A stretch of DNA of 61,398 nucleotides from Clostridia bacterium. GTDB lineage: Bacteria > Bacillota > Clostridia > TANB77 > CAG-508. Both the position numbers and the translations under genes were made by a program. A model generated the notes under the pieces. It was not told where the DNA came from and made no database searches. It saw only the letters and a program-made list of their open reading frames with translations. The stretch is from the NCBI GenBank assembly GCA_022795075.1, contig JAAWGB010000005.1:1-61398 (forward strand), read 5' to 3'. Position 1 is the stretch's first letter, and every line of letters starts with the position of its first letter. Below are positions 43,441-54,784 of the stretch, piece after piece.

Positions 43441-45162
43441 ATGAGTGAAAGACAATATATAAAAATAACAGACTTAAAAGACATGTTAAAAAAATCTGGT
43501 AAACAATATGCAGATAAAATAGCCTATCAAATCAAAACGAAAGAAGGAAACTATCAATATATAACCCATAAAGAAGTACGCCAAAAAATTGACGCTTTAG
43601 GAACAGCCTTAGTTGAAATGGGGCTAAAAGACAAAAGAATAGCAGTAATAGGAGAAAATCGATGGGAATGGGAAATTGCCTATTTATCTATTGTATGTGG
43701 AACAGGCACAGTTGTTCCATTAGATAAATCTTTACCAGAAAATGAGCTAAAAAATTTAATTGAGCGTTCAGAAGTAGAAGCTATTTTTTATACTAAAAAA
43801 TATGAAACCATATTAGAAAATGCGAAAAACGAAGGAATTGGTCAATTAAAACATCTTATATCAATGGACTTAGAGCAACATACAAAAGGAATTTATGCAC
43901 AAAAAGAATTAATTGAAAAAGGAGAACAATTAATTAAACAAGGAAACCAAGAATTTATAAAGGCAAAAATTGATCATGAAAAAATGAGTATCATGTTATT
44001 TACATCAGGAACTACGTCAGCTTCCAAAATTGTAGCATTATCCCATAAAAATTTATGTTCTAACTTAATGGATATTGCATCTATTTTAGACGTGGATTGT
44101 GAAGATGTATTTTTATCTTTTTTACCATTGCATCATGTATTTGAGTGTACAGTGGGCTTTTTATTTGCTTTATACAAAGGAGCCAAAACCGTTTTTTGTG
44201 ATGGAATTAGGCACATTCCAGAAAATATGAAAGAATACAAAGTTTCTGTTATGGCATCTGTACCAGCAATTTACGAAAGAATTTTTAAAATGATACGAAA
44301 ACACATAGAAAACCAAGGAAAACTAGAGGAAATTTTACAAAAGGAAGAACAATATAAAAATCATTCAATGGAAGAAAAAAGAAAAGTATTTCAAGAAATT
44401 CATGATATGTTAGGTGGCAATATCAAACTTTTAATTAGTGGAGCAGCCAGTTTAGACTCCAAAATTGAAGAAAAGTATCGATTGCTAGGATTAAATATAG
44501 TACAAGGATATGGTTTAACAGAAACCTCACCAGTTATTGCCATTGGAACCAATCAACATTATAAATTAGGATCAATTGGAAAATGTGTGCCAAGTGTAAA
44601 AGCAAAAATAATTAATACTAATCAAGAAGGAATTGGTGAATTAATTGTACAAGGCCCCAATATCATGTTAGAGTATTTTGGAAATCGAATGGATACCAAA
44701 AAAGCATTGGTAGATGGCTGGTTCTATACAGGAGATTTAGCCAAAATTGATGATGAAGGCTATATTTTTATTTGTGGAAGAAAGAAAAGTGTAATTGTTT
44801 TAAAAAATGGTAAAAATATTTTTCCAGAAGAAATGGAAAACTTAATCAATCGAATTGAAGGAATAGAAGAATCTTTTGTCTTTGGTAAACAAATGTCTGA
44901 AGATAAAAATGATATCAAAATTTTTGCTAAATTAGTTTATAATCAAGAAATTATAGAAAATACCTATAAAGTACATGGCGAAGATGAAATTTTTGGAGCA
45001 ATTAATGAAAAAATAAAAGAAATCAATAAAATGATGCCACATTATAAGGCTATAAAGGGAATTGTATTAACACAAGAACCTTTGATAAAAACAACGACCA
45101 ATAAAATAAAAAGACAACAAAATTTAGAACAAATGAGAAAAGAGGAAATGGTATGCAACTAA
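43441..45162 (+). CDS. Long-chain fatty acid-CoA ligase (AMP-binding)
   Basis: FTSGTT, QGYGLTETSP, WFYTGD, GKNIFPEE. Confidence 0.92.
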   Translation: MSERQYIKITDLKDMLKKSGKQYADKIAYQIKTKEGNYQYITHKEVRQKIDALGTALVEMGLKDKRIAVIGENRWEWEIAYLSIVCGTGTVVPLDKSLPENELKNLIERSEVEAIFYTKKYETILENAKNEGIGQLKHLISMDLEQHTKGIYAQKELIEKGEQLIKQGNQEFIKAKIDHEKMSIMLFTSGTTSASKIVALSHKNLCSNLMDIASILDVDCEDVFLSFLPLHHVFECTVGFLFALYKGAKTVFCDGIRHIPENMKEYKVSVMASVPAIYERIFKMIRKHIENQGKLEEILQKEEQYKNHSMEEKRKVFQEIHDMLGGNIKLLISGAASLDSKIEEKYRLLGLNIVQGYGLTETSPVIAIGTNQHYKLGSIGKCVPSVKAKIINTNQEGIGELIVQGPNIMLEYFGNRMDTKKALVDGWFYTGDLAKIDDEGYIFICGRKKSVIVLKNGKNIFPEEMENLINRIEGIEESFVFGKQMSEDKNDIKIFAKLVYNQEIIENTYKVHGEDEIFGAINEKIKEINKMMPHYKAIKGIVLTQEPLIKTTTNKIKRQQNLEQMRKEEMVCN

Positions 45163-45735
45163 GGAATTTGACAACAAAAATAATAGGAAAGAAAGTAATA
45201 TTTTATGAGCAAATTGATTCAACACAATTAGAAGTTTGGAGAAGAATTGAAAAAAATAATATCCAAAATGGAACCATTATTTTAGCAGATAAACAAACAA
45301 ATGGCAAACGGAACACATGGTAGAAAATGGTATACAGATGAAAATAATAATATTGCTTTTTCATTGTTCTTACAAGCTAATTGTCAAATTAGTCAATTAG
45401 AAAACTTAACCCTTATGATTGCCGAAACGATAGTAGAAGTGTTTGAAAATTTGTATGATATAAGCCTTACCATAAAATTTCCAAATGATTTGGTATACCA
45501 AGGAAAAAAATTAGGTGGCATTTTAACACAAACGAAGTTACAAGGTGAGTTGGTAAAATATATTGTAATTGGGATAGGTATGAATACGAATCAAGAGAAT
45601 TTTGAAGAAGAAATAAGAAAAATTGCTACATCTATTAAAAAAGAGTTTAAAATTGAAATAAATAATCAAAAAGTAATAACAAAGTTTTGTAATTTATTTG
45701 AACCTAAAATTAAAAATTATTGTAACCTATTTTAG
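45153..45735 (+). CDS. birA: Biotin protein ligase without HTH, ~193 aa, needs +1 shift at CGG 45309-45311
   Basis: IDSTQ and ADKQTNGK in frame 0 join GTHGRKW, KFPND and KKLGGIL in +1. Confidence 0.9.
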
Positions 45736-45877
45736 AAAAAATAATAGAAACTTTTTATAACAGAATTTAGTAGAAGATAATGATTAATTATAAAGAATGA
45801 TTTAAAAAGAAAAATAGATAGTTTCGTAATTTTTATAGAAATTCTTGTAAACTTAGTTAGGAAAGGAAGAAAGTAAA

Positions 45878-46814
45878 ATGAAATTAGGATTTTTGTTTCC
45901 GGGTCAAGGTTCCCAAAGTATTGGAATGGGTCAAGACTTATATGAAAAATATGAAATTGTAAAAGAAGTATATAAAAAAGTACAAGAATTAACAGGAGTA
46001 GATATTGCCCAAATTACGTTTAAAGGGGAAGAAGAAGTATTAAATGAAACAAAACATACACAGTTAGCCATTTTGACAATGAGTTTGGGAATTTTGGAAA
46101 TTTTAAAACAGCATAATATTTATGCAGAAGTTACTAGTGGACTAAGTTTAGGGGAATATGCTGCTCTTATTTGCAGTCAAGCTATTTCTTTTGAAGAAGG
46201 TGTGAAATTAGTTCAAAAAAGAGGACAATATATGCAAAATTTAGCTCCAAAAGGTGAATGGCTAATGGCTGCTATTATGGGTATGAATGAAGAAGAAGTA
46301 AAAGAGATTTGCCAACAAGTAACAAAAGGATTTGTAGTTCCTGCTAATTTTAATACAACTGGACAAATTGTTATTTCTGGAGAAAAACAAGCAGTTGAAC
46401 AAGCAGAAGAAGTGGCCAAACAAAAGGGTGTAAAAAAAGTAAAGATATTAAAAACAGCAGGACCTTTTCACACTGAAAAATTAATAGAGGCATCTAAGGC
46501 ATTAAGAAAAGAGCTAGAAGGTGTAACAATTCATGACTTTACTATACCAGTTGTTAAAAACTTAGATGGAAGGCTTTATAACAAACTAGAGGATGTGAAA
46601 GATATTTTGGCTAGACATATCATTTCTCCAGTTAGGTTTTCAAATAGTTTAGAAACGATGCTAAATATGGGAGTCGATACTTTTGTTGAAATTGGTCCAC
46701 GGAAAAACATTATCAGGATTTGTAAAACGATTCGATACCAATAAAGAGGTTACTATTCTAAATATTAACAATGTAGAAAGTTTGGAAAAGGTATTGCAAA
46801 TGTTGGCTAAATAG
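45878..46814 (+). CDS. fabD: Malonyl-CoA:ACP transacylase, 311 aa, needs +1 shift at CGG 46700-46702
   Basis: FPGQGSQ, GLSLGEY, AGPFH; FVEIGP-GKTLSGFVKR restored in +1. Confidence 0.93.
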
Positions 46815-46946
46815 AAGTTAAAAATAGATAAATTTTTGGATTAAAATAATAGGGAAGTAGGCGGTAAAAAAATCAGCCAAGTAATCTTAAAGAAGAGGTA
46901 TTTTTAAGTTTATAGATTAAAATCATAAAAGGAGATTGAAAAAATA

Positions 46947-47681
46947 ATGAATAAAGTAGCATTAATTACAGGAGCAACAAGAGGTATTGGAAGACAAATA
47001 GCCATTACTCTTGCCAAAGAAGGTTATGATATTGCTCTAAATTATCGTAAAGAAAATGAAGATTTAGAAAATACGAAAAAAGAAATAGAAGAAAATAAAG
47101 TTAAGTGTTTTGCTGTTAAGGGAGATGTTTCTAATTTTGAAGATTGTGAAAAAATAGTGAAACAAGTAATCGAAAATTTTGGAAAAATAGATGTGTTAGT
47201 TAATAATGCTGGAATAACAAAAGATATGTTATTAATGAGAATGAAAAAAGAGGATTTTGAACAAGTTATTGATATTAATTTGGTGGGGACTTTTAATGTG
47301 ACAAAAAATGTTATTAATCATATGTTAAAAGCTCGTACTGGCAGGATAATTAATATTTCTTCTGTAGTAGGTGTTTCTGGCAATGCAGGACAAACAAATT
47401 ATTCGGCATCAAAGGCAGGCATGATAGGATTTACTAAAAGTTTGGCAAAAGAGGTTGCATCAAGAGGTGTTTTGGTAAATGCAGTGGCACCAGGATTTAT
47501 TGAAACAACTATGACAGAGGTTTTGAAAGATGAGATAAAAGAGGAAATAGCTAAAGGAATTCCCCTAAAACGAATGGGAACGCCACAAGATGTGGCTAAT
47601 GTTGTAAAATTTTTGTGTTCAGAAGATAGTTCGTATATGACAGGGCAAGTCTTACAAGTAGATGGTGGTATGTTAATGTAA
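46947..47681 (+). CDS. fabG: 3-oxoacyl-ACP reductase
   Basis: TGATRGIG, NNAGITKD, YSASKAG. Confidence 0.96.
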   Translation: MNKVALITGATRGIGRQIAITLAKEGYDIALNYRKENEDLENTKKEIEENKVKCFAVKGDVSNFEDCEKIVKQVIENFGKIDVLVNNAGITKDMLLMRMKKEDFEQVIDINLVGTFNVTKNVINHMLKARTGRIINISSVVGVSGNAGQTNYSASKAGMIGFTKSLAKEVASRGVLVNAVAPGFIETTMTEVLKDEIKEEIAKGIPLKRMGTPQDVANVVKFLCSEDSSYMTGQVLQVDGGMLM

Positions 47682-47700
47682 AAACAAATTGAAAGGAAAA

Positions 47701-47729
47701 AGCCCCTACACCTTCAGAGGGTAGGGACT
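47701..47729. terminator. GC hairpin after the orphan gene
   Basis: CCCTAC ... GTAGGG, similar to the 7870 hairpin. Confidence 0.55.
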
Positions 47730-47741
47730 CTTAAACAAGTT

Positions 47742-48035
47742 CTAAGGAATTGGTGGCACCCATATATTAGCAACTGTAATTTGATAGGATGGAGTGAAGG
47801 TTTTATTCATAGTAATTTCTCCTTCAATTCCCAAATCGTTTAAAATTGCAAGGGCAGTTTGTGTTTCATAGGTAGAACCTGTTGACTGAATGATAAAATT
47901 GTTGGGAATGGTTCTGTTGTAGAAAACTTGTCCCACAAGTTGGCTAAGAATATCCAACTTGCTACCTTTTAATGGGTCACTGCTTTGGTCGATGGTGTCC
48001 CGAAGGGCAATTGCCCTTTCAAAAAAATCTTTCAT
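47742..48035 (-). CDS. Orphan hypothetical protein, 97 aa, antisense within the fab cluster
   Basis: AAGGAGGT RBS; TTGTAT-17-TATACT with TG (48067-48095). Confidence 0.7.
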   Translation of the reverse strand: MKDFFERAIALRDTIDQSSDPLKGSKLDILSQLVGQVFYNRTIPNNFIIQSTGSTYETQTALAILNDLGIEGEITMNKTFTPSYQITVANIWVPPIP

Positions 48036-48112
48036 ACTGATACCTCCTTGGTATTTTTATGTAAATAGTATATCATAAATTTGAAACAAATACAATAGAA
48101 AGGAATAGAAAG

Positions 48113-49351
48113 ATGGAAAAAAGAGTTGTTATTACAGGTTTAGGAGCTATTACTCCGATTGGAAAAAATGTAGGAGAAACATGGAAAGGAATTCAAGAAA
48201 AAAAATGTGGAATTGACAAAATTACCTTATTTGATACAACTAATTTTAAAACAAGTTTAGCAGCAGAGGTAAAAGAATATGATGCAACAAAATATTTTGA
48301 AACAAAACAAACGAAACGATTAGATAGAAGTTCACAATTTGCCATTATAGCAGCAAAAGAAGCATTTCAAGATAGCGGTTTAACAGAAGAAAACACCGAT
48401 TTTGAAAGAGTGGGTGTATTTATCAGTTCTGGTATTGGAGGATTAAAAACTCTTCAAGAACAATGTGAAGTTAATTGCATAAAAGGAAATAATCGAGTGT
48501 CACCAATGTTTATTCCTATGACAATTGCCAATATGCCAGCTGGAAATGTTGCCATTGAGTTAGGAGCAAAAGGAGAGTCAATTTCGATTGTTACAGCTTG
48601 TGCCTCTTCTACTCATGCAATTGGGGAGGCTTATAAAACCATTCAATATGGTTCAGAAGATGTGATACTAGCAGGTGGAACAGAGGCATCTATTTGTGAA
48701 GTTGGTATGGCAGGTTTTGAAAATATGAAAGCATTATCAAGTAGCAAAAATAAAAATAGAGCAAGTATTCCATTTGACAAGGAAAGAAGTGGGTTTGTCA
48801 TGGGAGAAGGAGCAGGTGTTTTAGTATTAGAAGAATTAGAACATGCTAAAAAAAGAGGAGCTAACATTTATGCAGAAGTAATTGGTTATGGAGCTACTTC
48901 AGATGCTTATCATATTACTTCACCAGCACCAAATGGAGAAGGTGGAGCAAGAGCCATGAAAAGAGCGATAGAAGACGCCAATATGAAACCTGAAGAAATT
49001 GACTATATTAATGCACATGGTACATCGACTTATTTAAATGATTCTTGTGAAACAATGGCAATTAAATCAGCTTTAGGAGAAGCAAGCAAAAAGGTAATGG
49101 TAAGTTCAACAAAAGGAAATATTGGTCATTTATTAGGAGCAGCAGGAGGGGTAGAGGCAATTTTTTGTGCCAAAGCAATTGAAAATAATATAATTCCTCC
49201 TACTATTCATTATGAGGTAAAGGATGAGGAATGTGATTTAGATATTGTGCCAAATGAAGTAAGAAAGGCAGAAGTTAAAGTTGCTATGTCAAATTCTTTA
49301 GGTTTTGGTGGTCATAATAGTAGCATTATTTTAAAAAAGTTTGAAAAATAG
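48113..49351 (+). CDS. fabF: Beta-ketoacyl-ACP synthase II
   Basis: TACASS, NAHGTST, GHLLGAAG, SNSLGFGGHN. Confidence 0.97.
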   Translation: MEKRVVITGLGAITPIGKNVGETWKGIQEKKCGIDKITLFDTTNFKTSLAAEVKEYDATKYFETKQTKRLDRSSQFAIIAAKEAFQDSGLTEENTDFERVGVFISSGIGGLKTLQEQCEVNCIKGNNRVSPMFIPMTIANMPAGNVAIELGAKGESISIVTACASSTHAIGEAYKTIQYGSEDVILAGGTEASICEVGMAGFENMKALSSSKNKNRASIPFDKERSGFVMGEGAGVLVLEELEHAKKRGANIYAEVIGYGATSDAYHITSPAPNGEGGARAMKRAIEDANMKPEEIDYINAHGTSTYLNDSCETMAIKSALGEASKKVMVSSTKGNIGHLLGAAGGVEAIFCAKAIENNIIPPTIHYEVKDEECDLDIVPNEVRKAEVKVAMSNSLGFGGHNSSIILKKFEK

Positions 49352-49401
49352 TAAGTGTAAAATGATTTTAACAAAACAAGGCTAAGAAGGAAGGTAAGAT
49401 T

Positions 49402-49851
49402 ATGGAATATGAAAAAATAAAACAATTAATGGAAGATATGGGAAATTCAAAATTGACATCTATTGATATTGATTTTCCAGATGGTACTAAGATTCGTATG
49501 AAAAAAGAAATAAACGAAGTGATAGTAGAAAATTTACCAACCAAACAATTGGTAAAAAAGGATGATATAAAAGATATTAAAATTGAAAATGAACAAGAAA
49601 TGAAAGAAGAGGAAAAGGGAAATGTTGTAAAATCTCCTATGGTTGGAACTTTTTATGCCAAGTCTTCTCCTGATAGTGAACCTTATGTGACAATTGGTCA
49701 AAAAGTGAAAAAGGGCGATGTTCTTTGTATTATTGAGGCTATGAAATTAATGAATGAAATAGAGTCTGAGTTTGATGGAGAGATTGTAGAAATTTTAGTA
49801 AAAGATGAAGAAACCGTTGAATATGGTAAGCCATTGTTTGTTATAAAATAG
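49402..49851 (+). CDS. accB: Biotin carboxyl carrier protein
   Basis: SPMVGTFY, EAMKLMN. Confidence 0.96.
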   Translation: MEYEKIKQLMEDMGNSKLTSIDIDFPDGTKIRMKKEINEVIVENLPTKQLVKKDDIKDIKIENEQEMKEEEKGNVVKSPMVGTFYAKSSPDSEPYVTIGQKVKKGDVLCIIEAMKLMNEIESEFDGEIVEILVKDEETVEYGKPLFVIK

Positions 49852-49928
49852 ATTTAGCTGGCGGTAGATATTAAAATTACGTAATTATATCACAAATTAA
49901 ACATAAAATCAAAGAAAGAAGTGAAAAT

Positions 49929-50351
49929 ATGTTAAACAAAAATCAAATTAAAGAAATCATACCACAAAGAGAACCATTTTTAATGATAGACGAAGTAGAA
50001 GAATATAAGCCAGGAGAAAGTGCCATAGCCTATAAACAAGTAAGAGAAGAAGAATGGTATTTTAAAGGGCACTTTCCAGGAAATCCAATCATGCCAGGAG
50101 TACTAATTACAGAAAGTTTGGCACAAACAGGAGCAATAGCCATACTTAGTTTAGCAGAAAATAAAGGAAAAAATGCTCTATTTGGCGGAATTGACAAAAT
50201 GAAATTTAAAAAAATGGTAGTACCAGGAGACACCTTAAAATTAGAAGTAAAAATTATCAAACAAAAAGGACCAATTGGAGTAGGAGAAGCAATTGCAACT
50301 GTGGAGGGAAAAATAGTAGCAAAAGGAGAATTAACTTTTGCAGTTGTATAG
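49929..50351 (+). CDS. fabZ: 3-hydroxyacyl-ACP dehydratase
   Basis: GHFPGNPIMPGVLITESLAQ. Confidence 0.96.
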   Translation: MLNKNQIKEIIPQREPFLMIDEVEEYKPGESAIAYKQVREEEWYFKGHFPGNPIMPGVLITESLAQTGAIAILSLAENKGKNALFGGIDKMKFKKMVVPGDTLKLEVKIIKQKGPIGVGEAIATVEGKIVAKGELTFAVV

Positions 50352-50455
50352 TTAAAAATAAAAGATATGAAAAAGGTTTGCGAAAAAATCATAAACTTTT
50401 GGAGTGAAGTTAGTAGTTGTGAGTTTAAAATGAGATAAAGAAAGGAATTAAGAAA

Positions 50456-51802
50456 ATGAATAAAATTTTAATTGCTAATCGTGGTGAAATTGCTGTGCGA
50501 ATAATCAGAGCTTGTAAAGAAATGAATTTAAAAACAGTAGCTGTTTATTCCGAAATAGATAAAGACGCTATGCACACTCGTTTAGCAGATGAAGCAATCT
50601 GTATTGGACCCAAAGACCCTAGAAAAAGTTATTTAAATTTCAAAAATATTATAGAAGCAGCTAACATAACAGGTGCAGATAGTATTCATCCAGGATTTGG
50701 TTTTTTATCAGAAAATAGTCAATTTGCTAAAATATGTGAAGAATCTAATATTAAATTTATTGGACCAGCTTACAGCGTAATAGAAAAAATGGGGAATAAA
50801 TCCAATGCCAAGGAATTAATGAAATCAGCAGGAATACCTGTTATAGAAGGTTCAGACGGAAGTGTAAAAGGATTAAAAGATGCTATTAAAATAGCTAATA
50901 AAATTGGTTATCCAGTTATGCTAAAAGCAGCAGCAGGTGGTGGAGGAAAAGGAATTCGAATTGTTTATTCAGCCGAAGAATTAGAAACTAATTATAACAT
51001 TGTCAAACAAGAAGCCAAATTATCTTTTAATGATGACGAAATTTATTTAGAAAAATTTATAAAAAATCCTCGTCATGTAGAAATTCAAGTATTAGCAGAT
51101 GAACATGGAAATGTTGTTCATTTAGGGGAAAGAGATTGTTCGATTCAACGTAAAAATCAAAAAATAATAGAAGAAACACCTTCTACAGCAATTGATGATA
51201 AACTAAGAAATAAAATGGGAGAAGCAGCCATTAAAGCAGCAAAAGTAGCAAATTACACTAGTTGTGGTACAGTTGAATTTTTGGTAGATAGTGAAAAGAA
51301 TTTTTATTTTATGGAAATGAATACGAGAATTCAAGTAGAACATCCCATTACAGAAGAAAGGACAGGAATTGATATTGTAAAGGCTCAAATAAAAATAGCA
51401 GCAGGTGAACCTCTAAAAATTAAACAAAAAAATATTACATTTAGGGGTTATAGTATAGAATGTAGAATTAATGCGGAAAATCCAAGTAAAAAGTTTATGC
51501 CATGCCCAGGAATTATTACAGGATTGAATTTACCTGGGGGAAATGGAATAAGGGTAGATACAGCTATTTATGAGGGATATACAATACCTTCTTCTTATGA
51601 TTCGATGATTGCCAAAATTATTACACATGGAGATACAAGAAATGAGGCAATTAGTAAAATGAAAAGAGCTTTAGAGGAAATTGTAATAGAAGGGGTAGAT
51701 ACCAATATTGATTTTTTATTTAAAATTATCAAAAATCCTAATTTTATTAGAGGAACTTTTGATACATCTTTTATTGAAAAAGAAGGATTGGCAAATTTCT
51801 AA
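50456..51802 (+). CDS. accC: Biotin carboxylase
   Basis: IANRGEIA, GGGGKGIR, EMNTRIQVEH. Confidence 0.97.
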   Translation: MNKILIANRGEIAVRIIRACKEMNLKTVAVYSEIDKDAMHTRLADEAICIGPKDPRKSYLNFKNIIEAANITGADSIHPGFGFLSENSQFAKICEESNIKFIGPAYSVIEKMGNKSNAKELMKSAGIPVIEGSDGSVKGLKDAIKIANKIGYPVMLKAAAGGGGKGIRIVYSAEELETNYNIVKQEAKLSFNDDEIYLEKFIKNPRHVEIQVLADEHGNVVHLGERDCSIQRKNQKIIEETPSTAIDDKLRNKMGEAAIKAAKVANYTSCGTVEFLVDSEKNFYFMEMNTRIQVEHPITEERTGIDIVKAQIKIAAGEPLKIKQKNITFRGYSIECRINAENPSKKFMPCPGIITGLNLPGGNGIRVDTAIYEGYTIPSSYDSMIAKIITHGDTRNEAISKMKRALEEIVIEGVDTNIDFLFKIIKNPNFIRGTFDTSFIEKEGLANF

Positions 51803-51841
51803 TTTCTAAAAGTAATGGTATGGTGAATGGATCCAACAAAG

Positions 51842-52036
51842 ACTGTCCCACTAAAATATTTTTTCAAACAATTGGACAGTGCATGGAAAATAATTGAGAT
51901 AGAAATTCTTAATTCATTTTATGGAAAGAGTTCACGCTTGGCGTGGAAGGGTGCCATAAAATGGATTTAGAATTTCTTCGAAAATTAGCTTGACCAAACT
52001 GTCCAATTGTTTGAAAAAATATTTTAGTGGGACAGT
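51842..52036 (-). repeat. Palindromic element family A, copy 7
   Basis: Reversed core; 39-bp perfect arms ACTGTCCCACTAAAATATTTTTTCAAACAATTGGACAGT. Confidence 0.9.
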
Positions 52037-52070
52037 TAGAAAAAATTTACATGAAAAGAAAGGAGAAAGT

Positions 52071-52907
52071 ATGATAGTAGATAAAATAAAAAAAAGAGAA
52101 CCCACAGCCAAAAGAACAGAAAATCAGGTTGATATACAAGTTGGGAAATGGGTAAAATGTGACAAATGTAAAGAAATATTATACAAAGAAACTCTAAGAG
52201 CCAATAGCAGTATTTGTCCAAATTGTGGAGCCTATTTTAGAATGCACATAAACAAAAGATTAGAAAGTATTATTGACAAAGATACCTATCAAAAATTTGA
52301 TTTAAAATTTGATACAACCAATCCATTAGACATAGAAGATTATCCCAAAAAAATAAAAGGATTGAGAGAAAAAACAGGCATTCAAGAAGCGGTAAGTTGT
52401 GGGACAGGTAAAATACAAGGAGAAAAAGTAGTGATTTGTGTAATGGATAGTGGCTTTTTAATGGGTAGTATGGGAGTTGTTGTAGGAGAAAAAATTACCT
52501 ATGCTATTGAAAAAGCAATTGAATTAAAATTGCCACTTATTATATTTTGTGTTTCTGGTGGTGCAAGAATGCAAGAAGGAATTATTTCATTAATGCAAAT
52601 GGCAAAAACAACAGCAGCAATAGCCAAATTAAATCAAGCAGGTTTATTGTACATATCGGTTTTAACAGATCCGACTTATGGTGGCGTTACAGCTTCTTTT
52701 GCAAGTATTGCAGATATTATACTAGCAGAACCAGGAGCTATGATAGGATTTGCAGGACAAAGAGTAATTGAACAAACCATTGGAGAGAAATTACCAGAAG
52801 GTTTTCAAACAGCAGAGTTTTTATTAGAACATGGATTTATTGATAAAATTGTAGAAAGAAAACAATTAAAAGATACATTGTATCAATTAATTCAATATCA
52901 TAAATAG
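52071..52907 (+). CDS. accD: Acetyl-CoA carboxylase carboxyltransferase beta
   Basis: C4 zinc finger, [22 protein letters not shown]; start after AAGGAG. Confidence 0.96.
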   Translation: MIVDKIKKREPTAKRTENQVDIQVGKWVKCDKCKEILYKETLRANSSICPNCGAYFRMHINKRLESIIDKDTYQKFDLKFDTTNPLDIEDYPKKIKGLREKTGIQEAVSCGTGKIQGEKVVICVMDSGFLMGSMGVVVGEKITYAIEKAIELKLPLIIFCVSGGARMQEGIISLMQMAKTTAAIAKLNQAGLLYISVLTDPTYGGVTASFASIADIILAEPGAMIGFAGQRVIEQTIGEKLPEGFQTAEFLLEHGFIDKIVERKQLKDTLYQLIQYHK

Positions 52908-52967
52908 AAAAATGGAAGGTAGAAATAAAAAAATTGCCTCAATCTTGCTTGGAAAGGAGAAACAAAA

Positions 52968-53769
52968 ATGCAAGAATTAACAGCATGGGAAAAAGTAGAA
53001 ATAGCAAGAAATCCAAAGAGAAAAACAGCCTTGGATTATATAGAAGAAATTTTTGATGATTTTATGGAATTACATGGTGACAGAAATTTTAGAGATGATT
53101 TATCAATTGTGTGTGGTTTAGCAAAAATAGGTAAGCAAAATTACACTGTAATTGCTGAACAAAAAGGAAGGACAACAAAAGAAAATATAGAAAGAAATTT
53201 TGGTATGCCTAATCCTGAGGCATATCGAAAGGCCATACGATTTATGCAGCAAGCAGAAAAATTTAAAAGACCAGTTATTACTTTTATTGATACAAAAGGG
53301 GCTTACCCAGGAATTGGGGCAGAAGAAAGAGGGCAACGGAGAGGCTATTGCAAGTTCTATGTTACAATTAGCAAAATTGAAAGTGCCTGTCATTAGTATT
53401 GTAATTGGGGAAGGCTCAAGTGGTGGTGCTTTGGCTTTAGGGCTTGGTAATCGTGTTCTAATGCTAGAAAATGCCATTTATTCGATTTTATCACCAGAAG
53501 GATATGCTAGTATTTTATGGAAGGATTCTTCAAGAACGAAAGAGGCAGCTCAAAAGATGAAACTGACAGCTAAGGATTTGTATGATTTAAAAGTGATTGA
53601 TAAGGTGATAAAAGAGCCAAAAGGGGACGAACAGGAAAGTTTTTTGAAGGTAGCAAAAGCATTAAAAAAAGAAATTCAAAGTATTGTTGCGGTTAATATG
53701 ACAGAAGAAGAACTAGTAGAGGAAAGATACCAAAAATTTAGAAATATGGGAGAATATAAAGTTTTATAG
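52968..53769 (+). CDS. accA: Acetyl-CoA carboxylase carboxyltransferase alpha, 266 aa, needs +1 shift at CGG 53337-53339
   Basis: [40 protein letters not shown]. Confidence 0.94.
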
Positions 53770-53771
53770 AG

Positions 53772-53903
53772 ATTATTTCAAAAGTATTTTATTTTTATAA
53801 AATAACTCCCAGCTACGAACAGTCTGTAATTTTATAACAGACTGTAGCTTGCTGGTTCCCACGAATTGTTATTTTATAAAAATAGAATACTTTTGAAAAT
53901 AAT
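53772..53903. repeat. 132-bp palindrome between accA and fabI
   Basis: TTCAAAAGTATTTTATTTTTATAAAATAAC ... GTTATTTTATAAAAATAGAATACTTTTGAA with inner ACAGTCTGT / ACAGACTGT. Confidence 0.85.
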
Positions 53904-53926
53904 TTTAAATATAAATTTAGGAGGAA

Positions 53927-54706
53927 ATGAAAATGATTTTAGAAGGAAAGAAAATTTTAATTATGGGAATTAGAAATAAGTGGAGTATAGCTTTTGGAAT
54001 TGCGAAAGCTGCTTATGAAAATGGAGCAAAGCTAATTTTTACTTACATGGGAGAAGAAAACAAAGAAAAAATAGAAGAATTAATTTCTGAATTTAAAGGA
54101 AGTAAAGCATATGTTTTAAATGGAGCATCTGAAGATGAAATTGTAAAGAAAGCTTTTACAAAAATTAAAGAAGAAAATGGAAAGGTAGATGGAATTGTAC
54201 ATGCAATTGCTCATGCCAATACAGAAGAATTACACAATGATTTTATTTTTACAAGTAAAGAAGGATTTGCTCATGCTTGTGATGTTAGTAGTTATTCTTT
54301 TGTGTTAGCAGCAAGAATGGCAAAAGAATTAGATATGCTAAATGAAAAAGCAAGTTTGGTTACTTTAACCTATCATGGTTCTACCAAAGTAATTGATAAT
54401 TACAATGTTATGGGAGTGGCAAAAGCAGCTTTGGAAGCGAGTGTCAGATATTTGGCAGAAAACTTGGGAAAAGAAGATATTCGTGTAAATGCTGTTTCAG
54501 CAGGTCCAATTAAAACATTGTCTGCTAAAGGAATTAAAGATTTTGGGTCAGTTTTGACAGTAATAGAGGAAAAAGCACCATTACATAGAAATGTGACAAC
54601 TACACAAGTGGGAAATGTTGCTACATTTTTACTAAGTTCTATGTCTGATAGTGTTACAGGTCAAGTGGTTTACGCTGATAATGGATATAATATTATGGGA
54701 ATTTAA
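53927..54706 (+). CDS. fabI: Enoyl-ACP reductase FabI
   Basis: NKWSIAFG, YNVMGVAKAALE, SAGPIKTL. Confidence 0.93.
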   Translation: MKMILEGKKILIMGIRNKWSIAFGIAKAAYENGAKLIFTYMGEENKEKIEELISEFKGSKAYVLNGASEDEIVKKAFTKIKEENGKVDGIVHAIAHANTEELHNDFIFTSKEGFAHACDVSSYSFVLAARMAKELDMLNEKASLVTLTYHGSTKVIDNYNVMGVAKAALEASVRYLAENLGKEDIRVNAVSAGPIKTLSAKGIKDFGSVLTVIEEKAPLHRNVTTTQVGNVATFLLSSMSDSVTGQVVYADNGYNIMGI

Positions 54707-54784
54707 AAAGGTCATGCACTTTTCATTTTTGCCAAACATACAATTAAGTTGTAGTAGTAAAATTGCAAAAATGGAGGTGCATTT

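Noticed and set aside
45821-45847. Eighth family A copy (GTAATTTTTATAGAAATTCT)
   Set aside because: Only ~20 bp of AT-rich similarity with no arms; could be chance or a remnant.
33551-52070. Track N-terminal extensions at 33551, 36102, 43126 and 51990
   Set aside because: They start inside palindromes or leaders; downstream ATGs have clear RBSs.
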